Shown one piece after another: positions 36,766-51,700 of a DNA stretch of 64,000 nucleotides (positions within the stretch are counted from its first letter, which is position 1; each line of letters begins with the position of its first letter). Both the position numbers and the translations under genes were made by a program. The stretch comes from Monocercomonoides exilis PA203 (lineage: Eukaryota > Protista > Preaxostyla): positions 1,860,001 to 1,924,000 of the forward strand of contig LSRY02000006.1 in assembly GCA_001643675.2 (NCBI GenBank). Reading direction: 5' to 3'. The notes beneath the pieces were generated by a model that was not told the origin of the DNA, did not search any database, and was given only the letters and a program-made list of their open reading frames with translations.

Positions 36766-39700
36766 TTACGTATAGTTAAAATTTTGTTGGGAATCTGAAA
36801 GAACAGTTTTAATTCTATCTATCTGATTTCCAAGAATCTCTACTTCTTTCAAAACAGTCTCAAACAACATTTGCTCTTTTCCAGATAAAACAGTTTTTCT
36901 GACTTTTCCATTTTGATTCGTTGATGGGTTAATGCCATCTATCAACTTCGAAGAGCTGGCATAGAGCGTTGAATCAAACTTATCTCCCATTTGAAGTTCC
37001 TTTGATGTTCCGCTGTCATCGCTTGATGTTGCACTTTGAGAAGATGTATCAGTGTTCGTATTAGTTTTTCCAGATCCATCCAAGTTTATATCAGAAGAAG
37101 GCGAAGAAATATCACTCTCCGAGCTCTTCTTATGACCTTCTCCTTCGATTGCAATGACCCTTCCGACTGGATAAAAGCTGGTATCATTCGACAAGATTCT
37201 CCCAATCAGCCACAGCTCATCCCCTCCAATGATGTTCAGGCGCTCTCTCACTGCGTCTACTGAAGCCGCTGTTGCACTGTCAATTCCACCCGAAGACTGA
37301 AGAACCAGACTACTGGAATCTCCTCCAGCACCAACACTATCCATGCTCATTCCATTGCTTTCATATCCTTTTTTCCCTTTCATTCTCTGCCCCAATTTTT
37401 TCTTCTTTTCCTCCTGTTGTTTGGCTTTCCCTCTTTTTCCATATACTTTCTCGTGCAGGTACACATAACATGCAAAATACCTCCACGGATTATGGTTTTC
37501 TTTGCGATGCACCGAAAACTCCAGTCCGCGAGACGCAAAACGGTTGGCACTTAAGCCACACGAAAAGCAACGTTCACTCCGAACAATGTTTTCTGCATCG
37601 CGTCGGTCGCTCAGCTCGTCGAAGGTGTCAATCATGATACCAGAGATGATGTTCAGCAGCACCACACTCAGAAGGACATAGAAGATAAACAAGTACAGCA
37701 GATCAAACAAAGGCTTCAGCGCATTTTCGTGCGAGCCGTCCCATTGGAAGAAGAAGAAACGCTCCTGCATCCACTTCCCTCCCGTTGGTACAGCAGCGAG
37801 AAGCGTAAGGAAGCACTCGAATATGTTGTCACACACGATTCCAGCATCTGGATCGTCAGAATAGACAAGAAAGCTTGATCTGAAGAATCGAAGGCCAATG
37901 ATGGCATACAGATACACTAAGGCAAGAAATAGAAGTGTGGTAAACAAGATCTCAGACATGTTTTTAGTGATTGAGCGGAAAATAAGAGTGATCATTCTTG
38001 ACTGCGAAAGAAGATCAAAAAGAAGAATCAAAAAGAAGGCAGGTGAGACAATCATGCCAAGCACAGACGATAAGACAAAGAGAACAGAGTAATAAACTTC
38101 CCTGTTTGAAAGAATTGACATTAGATAGCATCTTGCGTGGAAGAAGAAAGAAGACGAAGATTGAGTCTTTGCCGACTCTTCCAACACAAGATTGAACGTG
38201 GCAGAGGACTGATCGCCTTCTTTGTCTGCGCCTGCAAGAGCATTTTTACTTTCATGGCTGTCTTCATCACTGCTACTGCTACTATCTCCACCACTCCCAC
38301 TCCCTCCTCCTCCCCCTTTCTGTCCAGAGGCGCTTTCATTCTCCTTTTCGAGGACTCCTTCCCGTTCCATCTTCTTTTTCATCTGCTCCCTTTGCTTCAT
38401 CCAAAACGACCGCTCAGCTTTTATGTGAAAGTTTAGCATAAATCGACTGATTAATATGAGTCCTGATAGAATTATAAGAATGAAAGCGAACAACATTGTG
38501 AACGACTTCGTTGCAGGATTGGAAACATTGTCCCCAGACAGATCACTTTCCTTTTGCAGAATAACAACCAAGTTGAGAATGAGCGAGATAATGTTGAAGA
38601 CAATTCTCAAAAGAGCATGAAAGAACGGACGAGTGACAATGTAACGGGCACGCTTTAGAGAAGATGTTGCTATCATGTCTTTCTCCGGCTTGGGGGCAAT
38701 GGCATTCGCAAATGGATTCATCATTTTTGACAGAGTTGAAGAAGTGACAGAAGAAGAAGAGGAAGAGGAAGAAGATAATGATGATGACTCGTTGTGACGT
38801 GAAGAAGAGCTGGAAGAACGAGAAGTTGAAGTGGCTGAAGTGGAAGATGAAGTGCCGTGTTGTGTTGACTTTGCATTTGCCTTTTTGTTATCATTTTCAT
38901 TTTCTTTACTCGCATTTTTTTGTTTCTTCTTCGCTTTTGGCCATTTCGGCTTCATCCAATCTTTCATCCCATGCTTTATTTGCGAGATTTCATACATGTC
39001 AGAGCATCTTTGTGTGAATTCACTGAGCTTTCCTTGCAAGTTCGAGTGATCCAGCTCATCCATCACAGTCCTCTTGTCGTCCTCTGTGATTTCCCTGGCG
39101 AGCAGCGGGATGGGGAAGAAGAACTGCTGCATCACCTTGTCCCGTACAACTTCCACAGATGTGATTCGAGGAGCAAAATACGGTTCATACACTCCGCTGC
39201 ACCCAAGCCAGACAGCATCATCTCTGCTGTGCGCGTGCTCCTCCAGCCCAGCTGCGGCAAGCACATCATCTTCTGATCCATCGGAATCTTCGCTTTCATC
39301 TTCTGCGTCTCCTTCATTGTAACCACTGTCACTGCTATTCTCTTTCTTTGTTGTATTCTGGTTGTTTTCCTTTGATTTATCCTTATTCTCAACTGTTCCT
39401 TTGGTATTGGTTTTGCTCGTTTCCTTCTTTTGTTGATTTCGTTCTTGCGATTTGGCTGATCGTTTTGATTGAGTGGTGCCAGAAGCAGAAGATGAAGAGT
39501 TTTCATCCAACTTGAACCTTACAGATTTGTTCACCGGCTTCTTTTTTTCATTTCTTTCTTCCATTTCCTCTTCATCTTCGCTTTCACTTTCGTCGTTTTC
39601 GCTGCCTGAATAATCAGGGTTCATTGGCACAACAACAATCAATGAAGGTTGTTGCTTTTCTTTGCTTTTATCTTGTTCTTTTTTGGATTGGCTGTCATCT

Positions 39701-42700
39701 TCTAATGGCTTTAACTCCTTTTTCGCTTCTTGTATTTCTGTTTTTGGCATGTCAGTTTTCTTCTTCCTTTCAATTTCTTTCATAATTTCCTGATCTCCCA
39801 AGTCAATCTTTTCCATCACTCCCCACTCGCCTTGTTTCCCAGTTGAAAAGAAGCCTTGTGTTGTTCGTGTCACTTCCTGGTCTCTGTCACTCAGTTCTCT
39901 CAGCAGAATGTAGCATTCGATTCCTTCGTCTCTCAACTGCTCTCTTTCTCCATCGCTGCTGTACAGCGCCATGATGTCTGACCGCAGAATGGCTGTCAGC
40001 GCAGTTAGCCGTCGAATAAGCCCTCGTCTCATCGCCGTCGACCGCAGCAAATGCAACGCACGTGCTGCTCCGCTGGGCCCTTCGACCAGAGCACGCGCAA
40101 ATGTCACCATTGCTGCAGATAACTGCCGCTCTCCCAAAGAAGGAATCCAGTTGCCCAGCACCTCCTGCCCGGACACAAGAAAGTCGCTTGTGGAAGACTT
40201 CGGATAGCACTGTGTCTTTTGCGCATACGGATTCCGCACTTTCCAGGCGCGCTGTGTGACATACTCCCAGAAATTGGATAAGGTAGAAAGATGGTCAATG
40301 TGGTCAATTCTTTCTTCTCGTTCGCGCGCAAGAAGCGTAAGCCCTTTCTCGTCCATCGGAAGCACAAGAGAAAACAGTGAGTTGATAAGAGCCAGTCCTT
40401 CTGCTGAATGTGCGATGATATCTTGATTTGTTTCGTTTGGCCCACGGAGCGTTGAAGCAAGTGTGTGAATGGTGACTGTGATGTGTTGAAGCGTCGTGGC
40501 ACTAATTTCGGAAGCAGACGAAACAAGTGTCTGTGAAATGGTCAGATGAGAAGGTGAGCAAGATACTTTTGAAGTATTTTTGGCTGACCGAGGATGTATT
40601 GAATCAGATGCAGATGAAGAAAGAGACAGCGGAAGTTTGTCTTCAATTAACTGAGTCATTCCAACATCCACTGAAACAATCTGATTGAATGAAGGCAAAG
40701 AAGATGAAGAGTATTTCAATTCTTTCTTTTGTCCGAGATTAGCAAAAGAGGACGAGTTTGGAGATCCAGGTGATAAAGACGATGAGCGTGAATGCACAGG
40801 AGATTGCGATGGAGTTGAAGAAGGGGAAGAAGAAGAAGAAGAAGGCTGCTTTGTCTGACTTAGTGACAGAAAAGTAGGATTTGAAGTCTCAGGAAGTGAA
40901 GGAGGCACCAGTGCACTCAGATACTCAACAATTGCCATGATGATGTCATTGTTGCCTCGTATTGCTGCTTTTGCATCGACGTTGTAGACGCTGTTGCCTC
41001 TCAGCACGTCCTGTGCTGCTTTGAAGTGTCCATAGCAAAGCTGCCCAATCAGCACAAGCACTGAATCAATCAGCCGAAAACGGGCAGTCGACGAAGGTGA
41101 AGCCTCAGAGAACAAAGAACACGTGAATGAAGACGCGTTAAGCGCCTCAGATGAGTCAGTGCCTGAAAGATAAGGAGAAGTCTGAGCAATCATCGCAGAA
41201 GCGATAGGCGAAGAGGCAGCAGCGACTGCTTCGTTCATGCGTCCTTCCACTTCTTTCCACCAGGGATGTGCTTGTGCACGCAACGTTGCTAGTTTGATGA
41301 TCCCTTCAAATGTTGTGCCAATCGTCTTTCTCATCACTTTCTGCAATCCAACATTGGATGCCATCATATCAATCAGCTTCTTCCTCACCAGCTCGTTTCC
41401 ACCAACAACCAAAAACAGCAGAATTCGAATAGCCCGAAGCATGTTTTCTTCTGATCCATGATCGATCAGCCCTTCAAATGGACCTTCTTCCACAAAGCAA
41501 CCTCCTTCTGCCTTCTTTGAATCCCCACCTGCTTCTGTCGATAAAGATGAAGATGACAACCCTTGGCCAGCAATTCCGTTCATAAAGAGGCCAAATCCAC
41601 CAGTTCCATTTTTGCTCTTCCGTTCGTCTCCCAACAAGACTGCGATTGTGTCTGTGCAGACACCCCAGTCAAATGCAACATGCTGCTTTTTGATGATGTC
41701 TGTAAGCGAAGCCAAGCCGATCGTATTCAGCGTTGAATCGACAATAAGTGACGAAGACGGAAGGCTGCTTTCAACAATAGAGGACGAATATGCAGACGCA
41801 GCTGAGGCAGACGGTGTCAGTGCCTTCACCAGACTGTCTTCAAGATGCTGCTCCCACGTCTTGTGCAGCAGATCGCTCACAGGCGTCAGTGTCTGGACGA
41901 AGAAAAACACAAAGTTCAGAATCAGCCCGCGGACGACGCTGCCCCACAGCTGCTTGGCGTTGAAGTCTCTTTCAACAGCGAGCGAGTCCACCACCACCGA
42001 CGGGGCAGTCCGAGGTATCACAGAAAAAGTGGCTGTCTGCAGAAGCCCTGTGAGATGCACGGCAGACGGCGAGCTTTGAGAAGAAATAGATGAGAGGCAC
42101 TGGAAAAAGGAGAGAGAATGGAAGCGAATGCGAGAGGTCAACGAGCGCGCGACAGCAGAACAGAACAAGTTCCACTTTGATTTGAGCATTGACGAGAACA
42201 AGACGAAAGCAGGTGGTTTTTCGGCAGAAGGAGAAAAGATGGTTGTGTCCAGCCAGGGTGTGTCGTCAACAGGCTGATGCTGTTTCAGCCCGAGAAAAGA
42301 GCTGATTCCGTTCATGTGGGAACAGAACCTCTGAACCACAACAAACAGAAGAGAAGAGATGGGTGCGACTTCTAGCACGCTGTTTGCTTGCTGCAGCTTG
42401 CTTTCTGAGTCTGAAGAAGAAGAAGAAGAAGAAAACGACGACGATGATGATGAGAACGATCCGGTAGCTGATTCTGGTGTTGGAGGTGAAGTGACTTTAG
42501 AGTCTATGTGCTGCAGCCACTCATTTGGATGCAGGGCAAAGTTCACACACCGAATGAGCTGCTGCTGGATGTGTATCAGAGCAGGTGTGGCATGTTCCAA
42601 CAGGATTGTCACTTCTCTCAGCTGCGAGTCGCTCAGTCTGAATGGAATGCTCTCAGAAACAGCCGCCGCTGCAGCGCTGGATGAGGCTGCTGCGGAGGCT

Positions 42701-45700
42701 GGCGTGAGAGAAACAGAAGAGCACAACTTTTGGACGAGTTGGGGAGGTGCTTGTGTGTGGGAGTGAGACAGCGCCTGGTTGTGGTATTGAACGAGTGCTG
42801 AACTGTACAGGGGAGAAGAAGAAGGGCAAACATCCACGACGAATTGGATGAAGTGTGTGTTGAAGAAAGTGTTGACGTAATGTGAGAGGGAAGAAAACAG
42901 CGAAAAAGTCAGGTTGTTCAGCATCAGCTGAAAGGCGATCATTTGCTGGTTAATCGAAACAGGAGCAGAGCCAGTCGATGAACTTGCTCGAGAACCAGCC
43001 ACTAATCTACGAAGGATCGAGTTGGATGAAAAAGCATGGGTAGCAGAGTTATTCACAGCATTTGTCAGAGCCAGAGAAGAGGAAGAGGCAGCATTGGAAG
43101 TAGATTTAAGCGCCATGTTCATTCGGACGAGGAAGTTGAGGAGCGGAATGATTGTTGTGAAGAAGTTGAGGAGAATTCCAATCTCGTCTGATTCGAGTGT
43201 GATGGCACACGCATAGGGAGATGGAGGAGAGGTGAACAGAGTTTCAAGAGGCGATTCTGAAGGCGCTGTGTCGGTAAATGAAGAGCGAGAAGAAGAATCA
43301 TTCGAAAGACTTTGAGTATTTGTTGGACAATATGGAGTGAGATACACATCATCGAGGAACGAAAGATAGGAAGAAAGAACTTTTATTCTGTTTGTCAGCT
43401 TTTGCAGAAGCGTTGTGTCATTTGATTGAACATTTTGAGGCTTTGATGAGCCGATTGCAGGAGTTCTTGAAGAATAAATAGGATAACTGGACGATGAAGA
43501 TGAAGATGAAGATGAAGATGAAGATGAAGATGAAGGGGACAAATGTCCTTTGCTGCTATGAGCATCGCGTCCAGCAGCGTCATCCTCTGATTCTCTGTCG
43601 ATCGAAAGCGATTCATCACTTTCATCTTCATCTGTTTCATTGTCCGACTCTTCCTCGCTGTCTGTTTCCTCTTTCTCTTCTTCTTCTTCTTCTTCTTCTT
43701 CTTCATTCTCAGCAACATCTCCCAATTGTGCATCAAACACTCCTTCATTCAGCTCATTCTCTGGCTGTCCATCTGAAAGCGCAAACGGCTGTGCACGTCT
43801 TCCTTTCACTGATGGAATAACAGGAAGCCCTTTCTCCTTCTTTTTCTGCATCCTTCTTTCCTTTCGGCGACGCTGTTTTTCCTGCTCCTTCTGCAGCATC
43901 TTTCTTTTCTTCTCTTCAGCATTCTTCCTCTTCTCTGCCACTTCTTCGTCTGTTGCCACAGCCTTCCTGATGACACTGTTGAGTGTTGTGTCTGACAGCA
44001 CTGAGCTAACCTTTGCCAACGGGACAGATAGTCTGCAGAACTGCTGAGCCGACCGAGAAAGACCGCCGGCACATGCAGAGCGTAAAAGAGACAAGATGGA
44101 AAGATGGAATGAAAGAGACGAGAAGAAAGAGGGAGAAGGCGTGAAAAAGCGGAGGAAAGATGTTGGGCTGAAGAGAGAGTTGCTCGTGGAAGCCTTTGAT
44201 GATATTGAGTGTGTGCTCAGAGTTGACTGAGAAGGTGAGTGTGCCACGTTGTTTTGCTGTTTGAAAGGAGACAGAAATGAAAGAGGTGTCTGCAAAGGTC
44301 TCTTTTGCTGGTTATTCATCTGGTTCTGCCGAGTGAAATCAAGTCTGCTTGGAGTGGACGATCTCGGCATCTGATTTTGTGAAAGTGCTTTTGTGTCAGT
44401 TGAAACAGCCGAACGAGGCAAGCTTGAAACTGATCCTCTTCTCATCGACGCATTTCCCATTCCTGGCGATTCAGCTGTTTTCACGTCAGTCACACTGACA
44501 GCTGACAATTGAGCAGCCAGATCTTCTCTGCTCTTTTTGGCAGACACCACACCGCTGGATATGAACGACGACGAAAATGCATCGATGATTGGCCGGCCAG
44601 CCTCAGACCGCAGAAACGCCACAAGAACAAGCTGTGCTTCAAGATTAGGTGTTTTGCGGTTGTATGCGAGAGACGCTAGAACATCGCTGACGATGCAGAC
44701 AGGATGCTCATTTGTGAATGATGCAGACGAAAGCGCCTGATTTTGAGAATGTGATGCTGCTGATCGGGCGGAAGGGCTCATTGAACCAGAGCTGTTTGGC
44801 TTGCCCATCGGAGACAAAGAACGATTGTGAGGCAATTTTGATGGAGTGGACTGTGTCGTGCTGTCATCGATCTGCTCTTGTCTTTGATAGAACTCTTTCT
44901 CCATCTGTTTTGCTTTCTGAATGTCCAGTTTCCTCTTGCTGTGTTCTCGCGAAAGCTGCAGTTCGAAGCCAAATTTCAGCAAACAACAGGCAAATTTGAC
45001 CGTTAGCAGTTTTTCGTTGCTCTTTCCAGTTTTTGAGCCAGACGAAAAAGTTTGCGATGCATCACCAGTTGAATTAGAAATTGCCTGTATTGCTCGGTGG
45101 ATAAGCTGAATCAGCCTCGGAATCTGCACTTTGTGGAAAGACAGCACGAGCAGCAAGGGAATAGTCGATGCCAAGTCAATTGCATTCATCGGAGGCTCAG
45201 AAGCCGAAAGGAGGAGAGAGACACACAGGCGGAGGAGAGAGTTGACTGGAGATGTTTCAGCCACAGTGCCTGCGCTGCTCATCGCCAATGCAGGCCGATC
45301 CTTCGAGCCAGTTGCAGAGATGGCTGAGGCAATAGCTGCATCTCGTGCCTGTTCAATTCGCTCTTCCACTTCGCTGTACAAAATAAGCGACTGAGACGTG
45401 GCAAGCGCTGCAGCGATCTTCTGCTGGCTGCTGCTGCTGTTGTTGGAGTCTGCTTTGAGGGCATCCCAAATGCTGAGCAAAGGCAGCAGCTCAGCTGGGA
45501 TGCAGAAGCGGACGATAGAAGACACAATTGCAATACCGTCCAAAGAGAAGAACAGGTGCTGCAATGCCAGGCAGGGCGGTGTTTGTGGATGGGGCAGGTC
45601 TTCAAAGGGACAAGGATACGACGCAAGCTGTGCAATCTGGTTGATGAGCGTTGACACAATCTCATACGGCTGCTGCATTCTCATATGAAGCGATATCTCA

Positions 45701-48700
45701 GAACGAGTGAAGAGAGTCCCAGCAAGCTGAGCAACTGCAGGCGGAAGAGGCGCATCGTGGATGGCAAAGAGCATCAGTGCAAGCAAACGGAAGATGTCGT
45801 TCAAGCAGACTGACAAGCGCAGTGCATCGACTTTGAATCCGCCTTCGAAAACAGAATGTGCCCATGACGGGAGTGTTGACAAACTTGCTGTTGACAGTGC
45901 AGACGATTGAATATTCGATGAAGACGAAAGAGAAGACTGCGACGAGCGAAATTGCGCATTTGAGCTAACAGGAGACGAAGCACTGACAAGAAGAGGAGAA
46001 CTGTATGTCCTTCGAATGAATGCCCACTCGTCTTCCGCAGCGTGGATGGCGTCTGCTGTCCACAGAAGCAGCGTTCCGAGTGTTTTTATGCGCTGCTGTG
46101 TGCGATTGATGCTTGTCGGTACGTCAGCCGAGTGGCTCATGATTGAAGAGGCACCGCTGTCATGTGAAGCAGCAGAGGCAGATGCAGAAGAGGCAGAGCC
46201 AACAGACATCCCACTCGCCATCGATGCTCCAACACTGCCTGATGCTGCAGCGGCAGCTGCTGCTTCGTCGATGATGAGCGGATCTGCCATGTGCCATTCT
46301 ACGCCTGCCATTGCACTGACTGTTCGGAAGAGAGAAGAATGCTCACGTGACAGGAGCATAACTGAGTGTGTGTGAAGGAGCGGGTGGGCGTTTGAAGACA
46401 GAAGCTCTTTAGCTGGCTTCATTGTGCCTCCAAACATGACTGTCGGTGAAAGAGTTTCCAGTGCTCGAATGATCCCTCCTTTCAGATTCTGTTGGTACAC
46501 ACATTCAGCCGGATTCCCCGTCCCATTCAATAAGGACTGGTCCTGCTGTGCATTTTCTTTCCCTGCATTTCTCCCTCCTCTTGTTTTCCCCTTTTCTTTG
46601 TCCTTCTGCGTCTGCCACTCGCTGTCGATGCCCACAAACAGCTTGTGCAGCACAGACACTCTCATGTGCAGTAGCTCATCGTCAACTGCCTCCAGCAATG
46701 AAAACAGAATGTGCTGTGTGTGGAGCAGCAGGCGGTGGAGAAACAAAGTGGATGAACGTTGGATGAACGGACGCGCAACAGGAAGCACAGAAGTCTCTAC
46801 AAATGTTGCAATAAGCACTGATTTTTCTTGTGTCGGGTTGCACAAAACAGAAACAGAACCATCACCATACGCCACGTCAGAGAAATTTGACTGGTCGTGT
46901 TTGTTCAAAGAGTCTCTTTGCAGCTGGTTGAAAGAGGCAGGCACAACAGCCATCTCTTCGTCATTGTTGCCGTTGCGAACAGTGGCAACTGCATCGCTGT
47001 CGTTAAAGTCGTCGTTGAGTGTGTCTGTGAAGAAGAACGGCTCGTAGTCCATCTCCCACTCGGGGTCTCTCTGCTGACTGTCTGGCTCCATCGCCAGCTT
47101 GCGTTTTCTGACTTCTTCTTCATAGTCAAATAGCTTTCCTGTCAGCATTTCCTCTTCTTCGTCGCTTTCGTCGCTGTCCTGTTCTTTCCCGTCGAATTTC
47201 CCAAGCTCCGATTTGTCTTTGCCTTTCCCTTTCCCTTTCTTCTCAACTGTCTTCTTCGTCTTCTTCATAATCTTCACTTCCTGCATCTTTCTTTCCATCT
47301 CTCTCTTCAGAATTCTCCCCTCTGTTGCAGACTTCCAGCTCTGTGTTGAGGCAAACTCCTTCACAGCAACAAGTGTTGCCCGCAGCGTCTCAAAGGAGAT
47401 GTCCATCAGACATAGCTGGTTCGTTCGGAGCAAATAGACGACGAAGAGTGCTGCCTGGATGAGGAAGAAGAGGTTGTCTGAAGGGATTTGGGTGGATGTG
47501 GCTGAGTCTGAAGGGGAGAAAGAGGCAGCGTGTTCGCAAACTGTCATAATTGACTCACACAGCGCAGACACAAAAGCAGACGCAGCAGATGAGGCTGACT
47601 TCGGAATGGCAGTGGCTGGAGTGTAGTTGGAGATGAGGGAATAAGGAAAGCATTCAAGATTTGAGGAGGTGGCACTCACACCTGATTGAGATATGGAAGA
47701 AGAAGAGGAAGAAGATGAAGAGTGTATTGCAGAAGCAGACAAAGATGCAGAGCTTCCCCACAAAGACGCCGAAGACGATCCCATTGCAGAGGAAAGGCTC
47801 TGACTCGTCGACTTCACAATGAGCGATGTTTCATTCGGCTCAAAAAGCAGATGGTTCGGCTGCCCTTTCACTGATCGCTTTTCTCTTCCCTTCACAAGCA
47901 GCATCCATCTTCTCTCTGAGTTCTCTTGTGCCTCCTGCATGGCAGGCTTCTCAGCCACTGCATTCTCATCCACCATGTTCCAAATGCTCCTTTTCCCGTC
48001 TCCTTTCCCTTTCGCCCCGTTCTGCGCTCCAATCGCTGCTGCCATCGCAGCAAGCGCTGCAGCTGCAGACGACGCAGACGATGTTCGTAGCGGATCTCCC
48101 CAACTGCCAGGCGAAAAATACAACAGACGGCTGAGCATCAGCAGACGTGTGCGGATGGCTAGTGGAGCGCCAGCTGTTGCGCGGAGACGAGAAAGAGAGG
48201 AAGAGGAAGAAGAGGAAGAAGAGGATGAGGAAGAAGACTGTTGGAGAGGGGTGTATGCATTCAGAGAGGCAGAGGTGACTGAGATGCAGTGCTGCAAGAG
48301 CGGGAGAGGGAAAAGAGAGCGCAGAAGATGAAGAACGCCTGGCCTCTGTGAATGAGCAAGGGCGATGTAGAACGAGAGGAACGAGAGAGTCAGCGTGTGG
48401 AACTGTTTTGCGCGGTGGACGGGGACAGATGGGATGATCACTTCAGAAGAAGAGGAGCCGTCGCGCATCGACTGACCGCGTGTGGAGGAAGAGGAAAGGG
48501 CTGCCTGCTGCTTCACCAGCGCCAGCGGGGCAAAGACGTATCGGAGCTCTTCGACTTTTCCGGTGTGGAGTTGGAAGTGCGGAAGAAGGAAAGGAGAAGA
48601 CAGGAGTGTTTGAGTGAATACATCGATAGGGTGCGAAAGGGATGTTGATAAACGAGATGATGAGTCTTTGCTTTCCTTTCCTGAAGAGGAAGAACTCGAA

Positions 48701-51700
48701 GAAGAAGAACTTGATGATGATGACGAAGACGACGATGAAGTAGAAGAAGAGGAAGAAGAGGAAGATGTTGAAGAAGCAGAGGAATTCGTGTTAGTCAATG
48801 CCGATCCAGCCGTTTGGTCATTTCCATTCCGTGTGGAGTGCCAAAACAGCGCGGATGGAGAAGAAACAGGCGAAAGTGCCAATATTCTTCCTGTTTTCTC
48901 TTCGGTGGCTAAGAAAGGAGAGTCTGCATCAGCCGGAGTGGGTGCGTCGTTGAAGAGGAAAGGGTCCTTTCCGAACTCGATTGGGTTGCTGGAGACGAGC
49001 GGGACAGCATTTGTGAGCAGATGCATCTCGTCAAAGGAGTCGAAGTTGGATGGCACAATGCAGAGGGTGGGGGGAAGGAGCAGACAGGAAGGTGTTCTTG
49101 AGGAATGAGAGGGGTTTGTGCGTGGATGGGAAGAATCGAATGACGTGGAAGAATTAGAAGAGGAATCAGATATGTCATCAGGCGAGGCAAAAGAAGGCGC
49201 AGCGAGAACAGCCTGCACAGCGTTGTATGAGAGAGGGTTGTGGACGATCCGCTTGGAGGAGCAGATGGCAGTGAACAGCGTCAGAAACTTTCGTGAGATG
49301 CTTGTGGAGACAATACGGCTCATTCCTGATGAATCCCCATCATACAGCGAGGCAGCAGACGAAGGAGGAGGAAGGGCAGCAGAAGAGCCTGATGATGATG
49401 CTGCTGCAGAGGCGCCTGCCTGTGCTTCAACCAGCCGCTTCATCTCCACCTCGTCTGCTTTCACGTCAAACTCCGCGATTTTCATCCAGGCAGACATCAG
49501 AGACACGGGGACAGCAGCAAAGCGGAGTGAAGGAGGAGCAGAAGAGAGAAGAGAGATAAACAAGTCGACGGCAGTGGGCATCAGCGGGGGAAGACAAGGA
49601 AGGAGGTTGAGGAGATATCGCTTGGCCTCAGCAATCAAAGGCGTGTGGGCAGATATCTGCGACAGTTGGCGGATGAGGAGGAGTTTCGTCTCTTCTGCTT
49701 TGATGGTGCAGCGCCAGAGCCACATTGAGAAGGGGATGAGGGTGGAAGATGCTTTGAGGGAGCCGAAGGTCAGCCGGGTGAGCAGGCGGAGTGACTGGAG
49801 GAAAGAGAGATAGGCAGACGGGAAGAGAGAAGGGAAAGAGAGGAGAAGAGGGGAAAGCGTGGCGGAGACTGAAGACGAGGACAAAGACGGCATCAGCTGG
49901 GCAGCTGAGACAGAGTCCACAGCAGAAGCAGCAGAAGAAGCAGTGGTTGAGGAGGAAGAGGCGAAGAATGCGGAGAAAAGGGCAAAGAGATCGTCGATGC
50001 AGAGCAGCACGTGAAGTGGAGTGTGCTGGCAGAGGAGCGTCTCCTGCAGCACAGCCAGCGGATGAGGTGAAATCTGATGGGAAAAGACGTGTGTGGTTGA
50101 TGGAAGGGGAATGGGGGTGAAGATGGGTCTTCGCATCGGCTGTTGAGCAGAGCGAAGAGAAGCGCTGAGTTTTGTGCGTGTCTTCACATCACTCGAAATG
50201 CCAGAGAAAGAATCATCGTCTGTGTTGTTATCATCATCGTCATCGTCATATTCATATTCATCACTGTCTGTCTCGAAGCTGTCTACTTCTCCGTCTTCGA
50301 TGCCGCTCCTCTCGTTCTGCTCTTTCCTCAGCTGCATCCGCTGTGACTGCACCACTCCAGACACGACTCTTGCTGTGGATGCTTCAGCAGCCATCTGCTG
50401 CTTCCTGAACTGCTCCATCAGCCTCTGGTGCTTCTCCCGCTCAAAGCGATTGATCTCACTCAGACACATCGACAGGCTCTGGTCCAGCCGCGCTGTTGTC
50501 TGGGCGACTTTCTCTTTCTCGCCTGTCACGTCTTCAAGCGCAGCTGCCTCTTCTTTGTTCAGAACAGACGAAGAAGAGGAAGCAGAAGAAGATGGAGATA
50601 AAGAGGAAGAGGAGGAGGAAGAAGATGAAGAAGAGGAAGAGGAATTAGAAGAAGAAGCAGACTCAGCCAAGACTGATGCTGTGTTTGCGACCTCCTTCTT
50701 TGCCAATGTGATGGCAGCAGATGTGACCATTGCTGCCTGCTGTGTGCGCGTCTGCATAATCTTCTGTGCAGCACAAGTAATCTTCCCTTCGTTTCCCGTC
50801 TGAACATCAAGAAACTTCATCAGAACCGAAAGCGACTCGAAGAACTTTGGGAAAGAGGAAAGAGAATGGAAAGCTCCTCCGTCTGCACCGACGGCTGCGT
50901 TTTTGCGGTGAAGGGAAGCGAGGGAAGAGACAGAGGAGTGAGTCTCGTAGAGAAGAGAGAGGTATTCTTCAGTCAGAATCGTCGCCTCGAAGAACGTCGA
51001 TGCTGAAGAAGAGGCTGAAAGAGAGGGAAGACGGCAGTAAGTGGACACAGCAGCAACAGCAGAGGAAGAAGAAGAAGAAGAAGAAAAGGAAGAAGAAGAA
51101 AACGAGGCAGCGTTCTGATTTGAAAGGCAGAGCATCCCGTTTGTGATTGGGGGAGGGTCGAAGACAGGAGGAGAGGAAGACAAAAAGAGAGAGAGTTGTG
51201 TCAGTTCTCTGACAGATGACTCCAATGAAGTGGCTGTCTGTTGTGAAGGAGGCAGCGATTGGAGAGAAAGAGCTGCAGCATTCCGAGCAGAAGATGCAAA
51301 GAGATAAGGAAAGAGCTCCTGGAAGATGGTTGACTGGGGTGTGGTCAATGTGCTTACTTTAGTCACTCTGCCTGGATGCAACGATTCCTCTACTATCTTC
51401 TTCTGCTTTTCTTCGATTTGCAGCTCGTCAAAATCGTCGAATTCTTCGTCCAAGTCAAATTCATCGTCGCTGCTGTCGCCGCTTTCCTTGCTGTTCTTCT
51501 CTCCCCTGAACAGTCGCGCCAGCTTATGCTTCAGCTTCGGCTCCGACAGAATCGTCCCCATCACACTTGCTCGTTCGCAGTGGTGCAGGATTTCCTCAGA
51601 AAGCTTTGTAACATCTGCAAATGATACACACAGATGGCTTTTACCTCTGATGTCGCTGTAGTGGAGTGTCATAACTGCTTTGTCGCTTCCATTTCCATCG

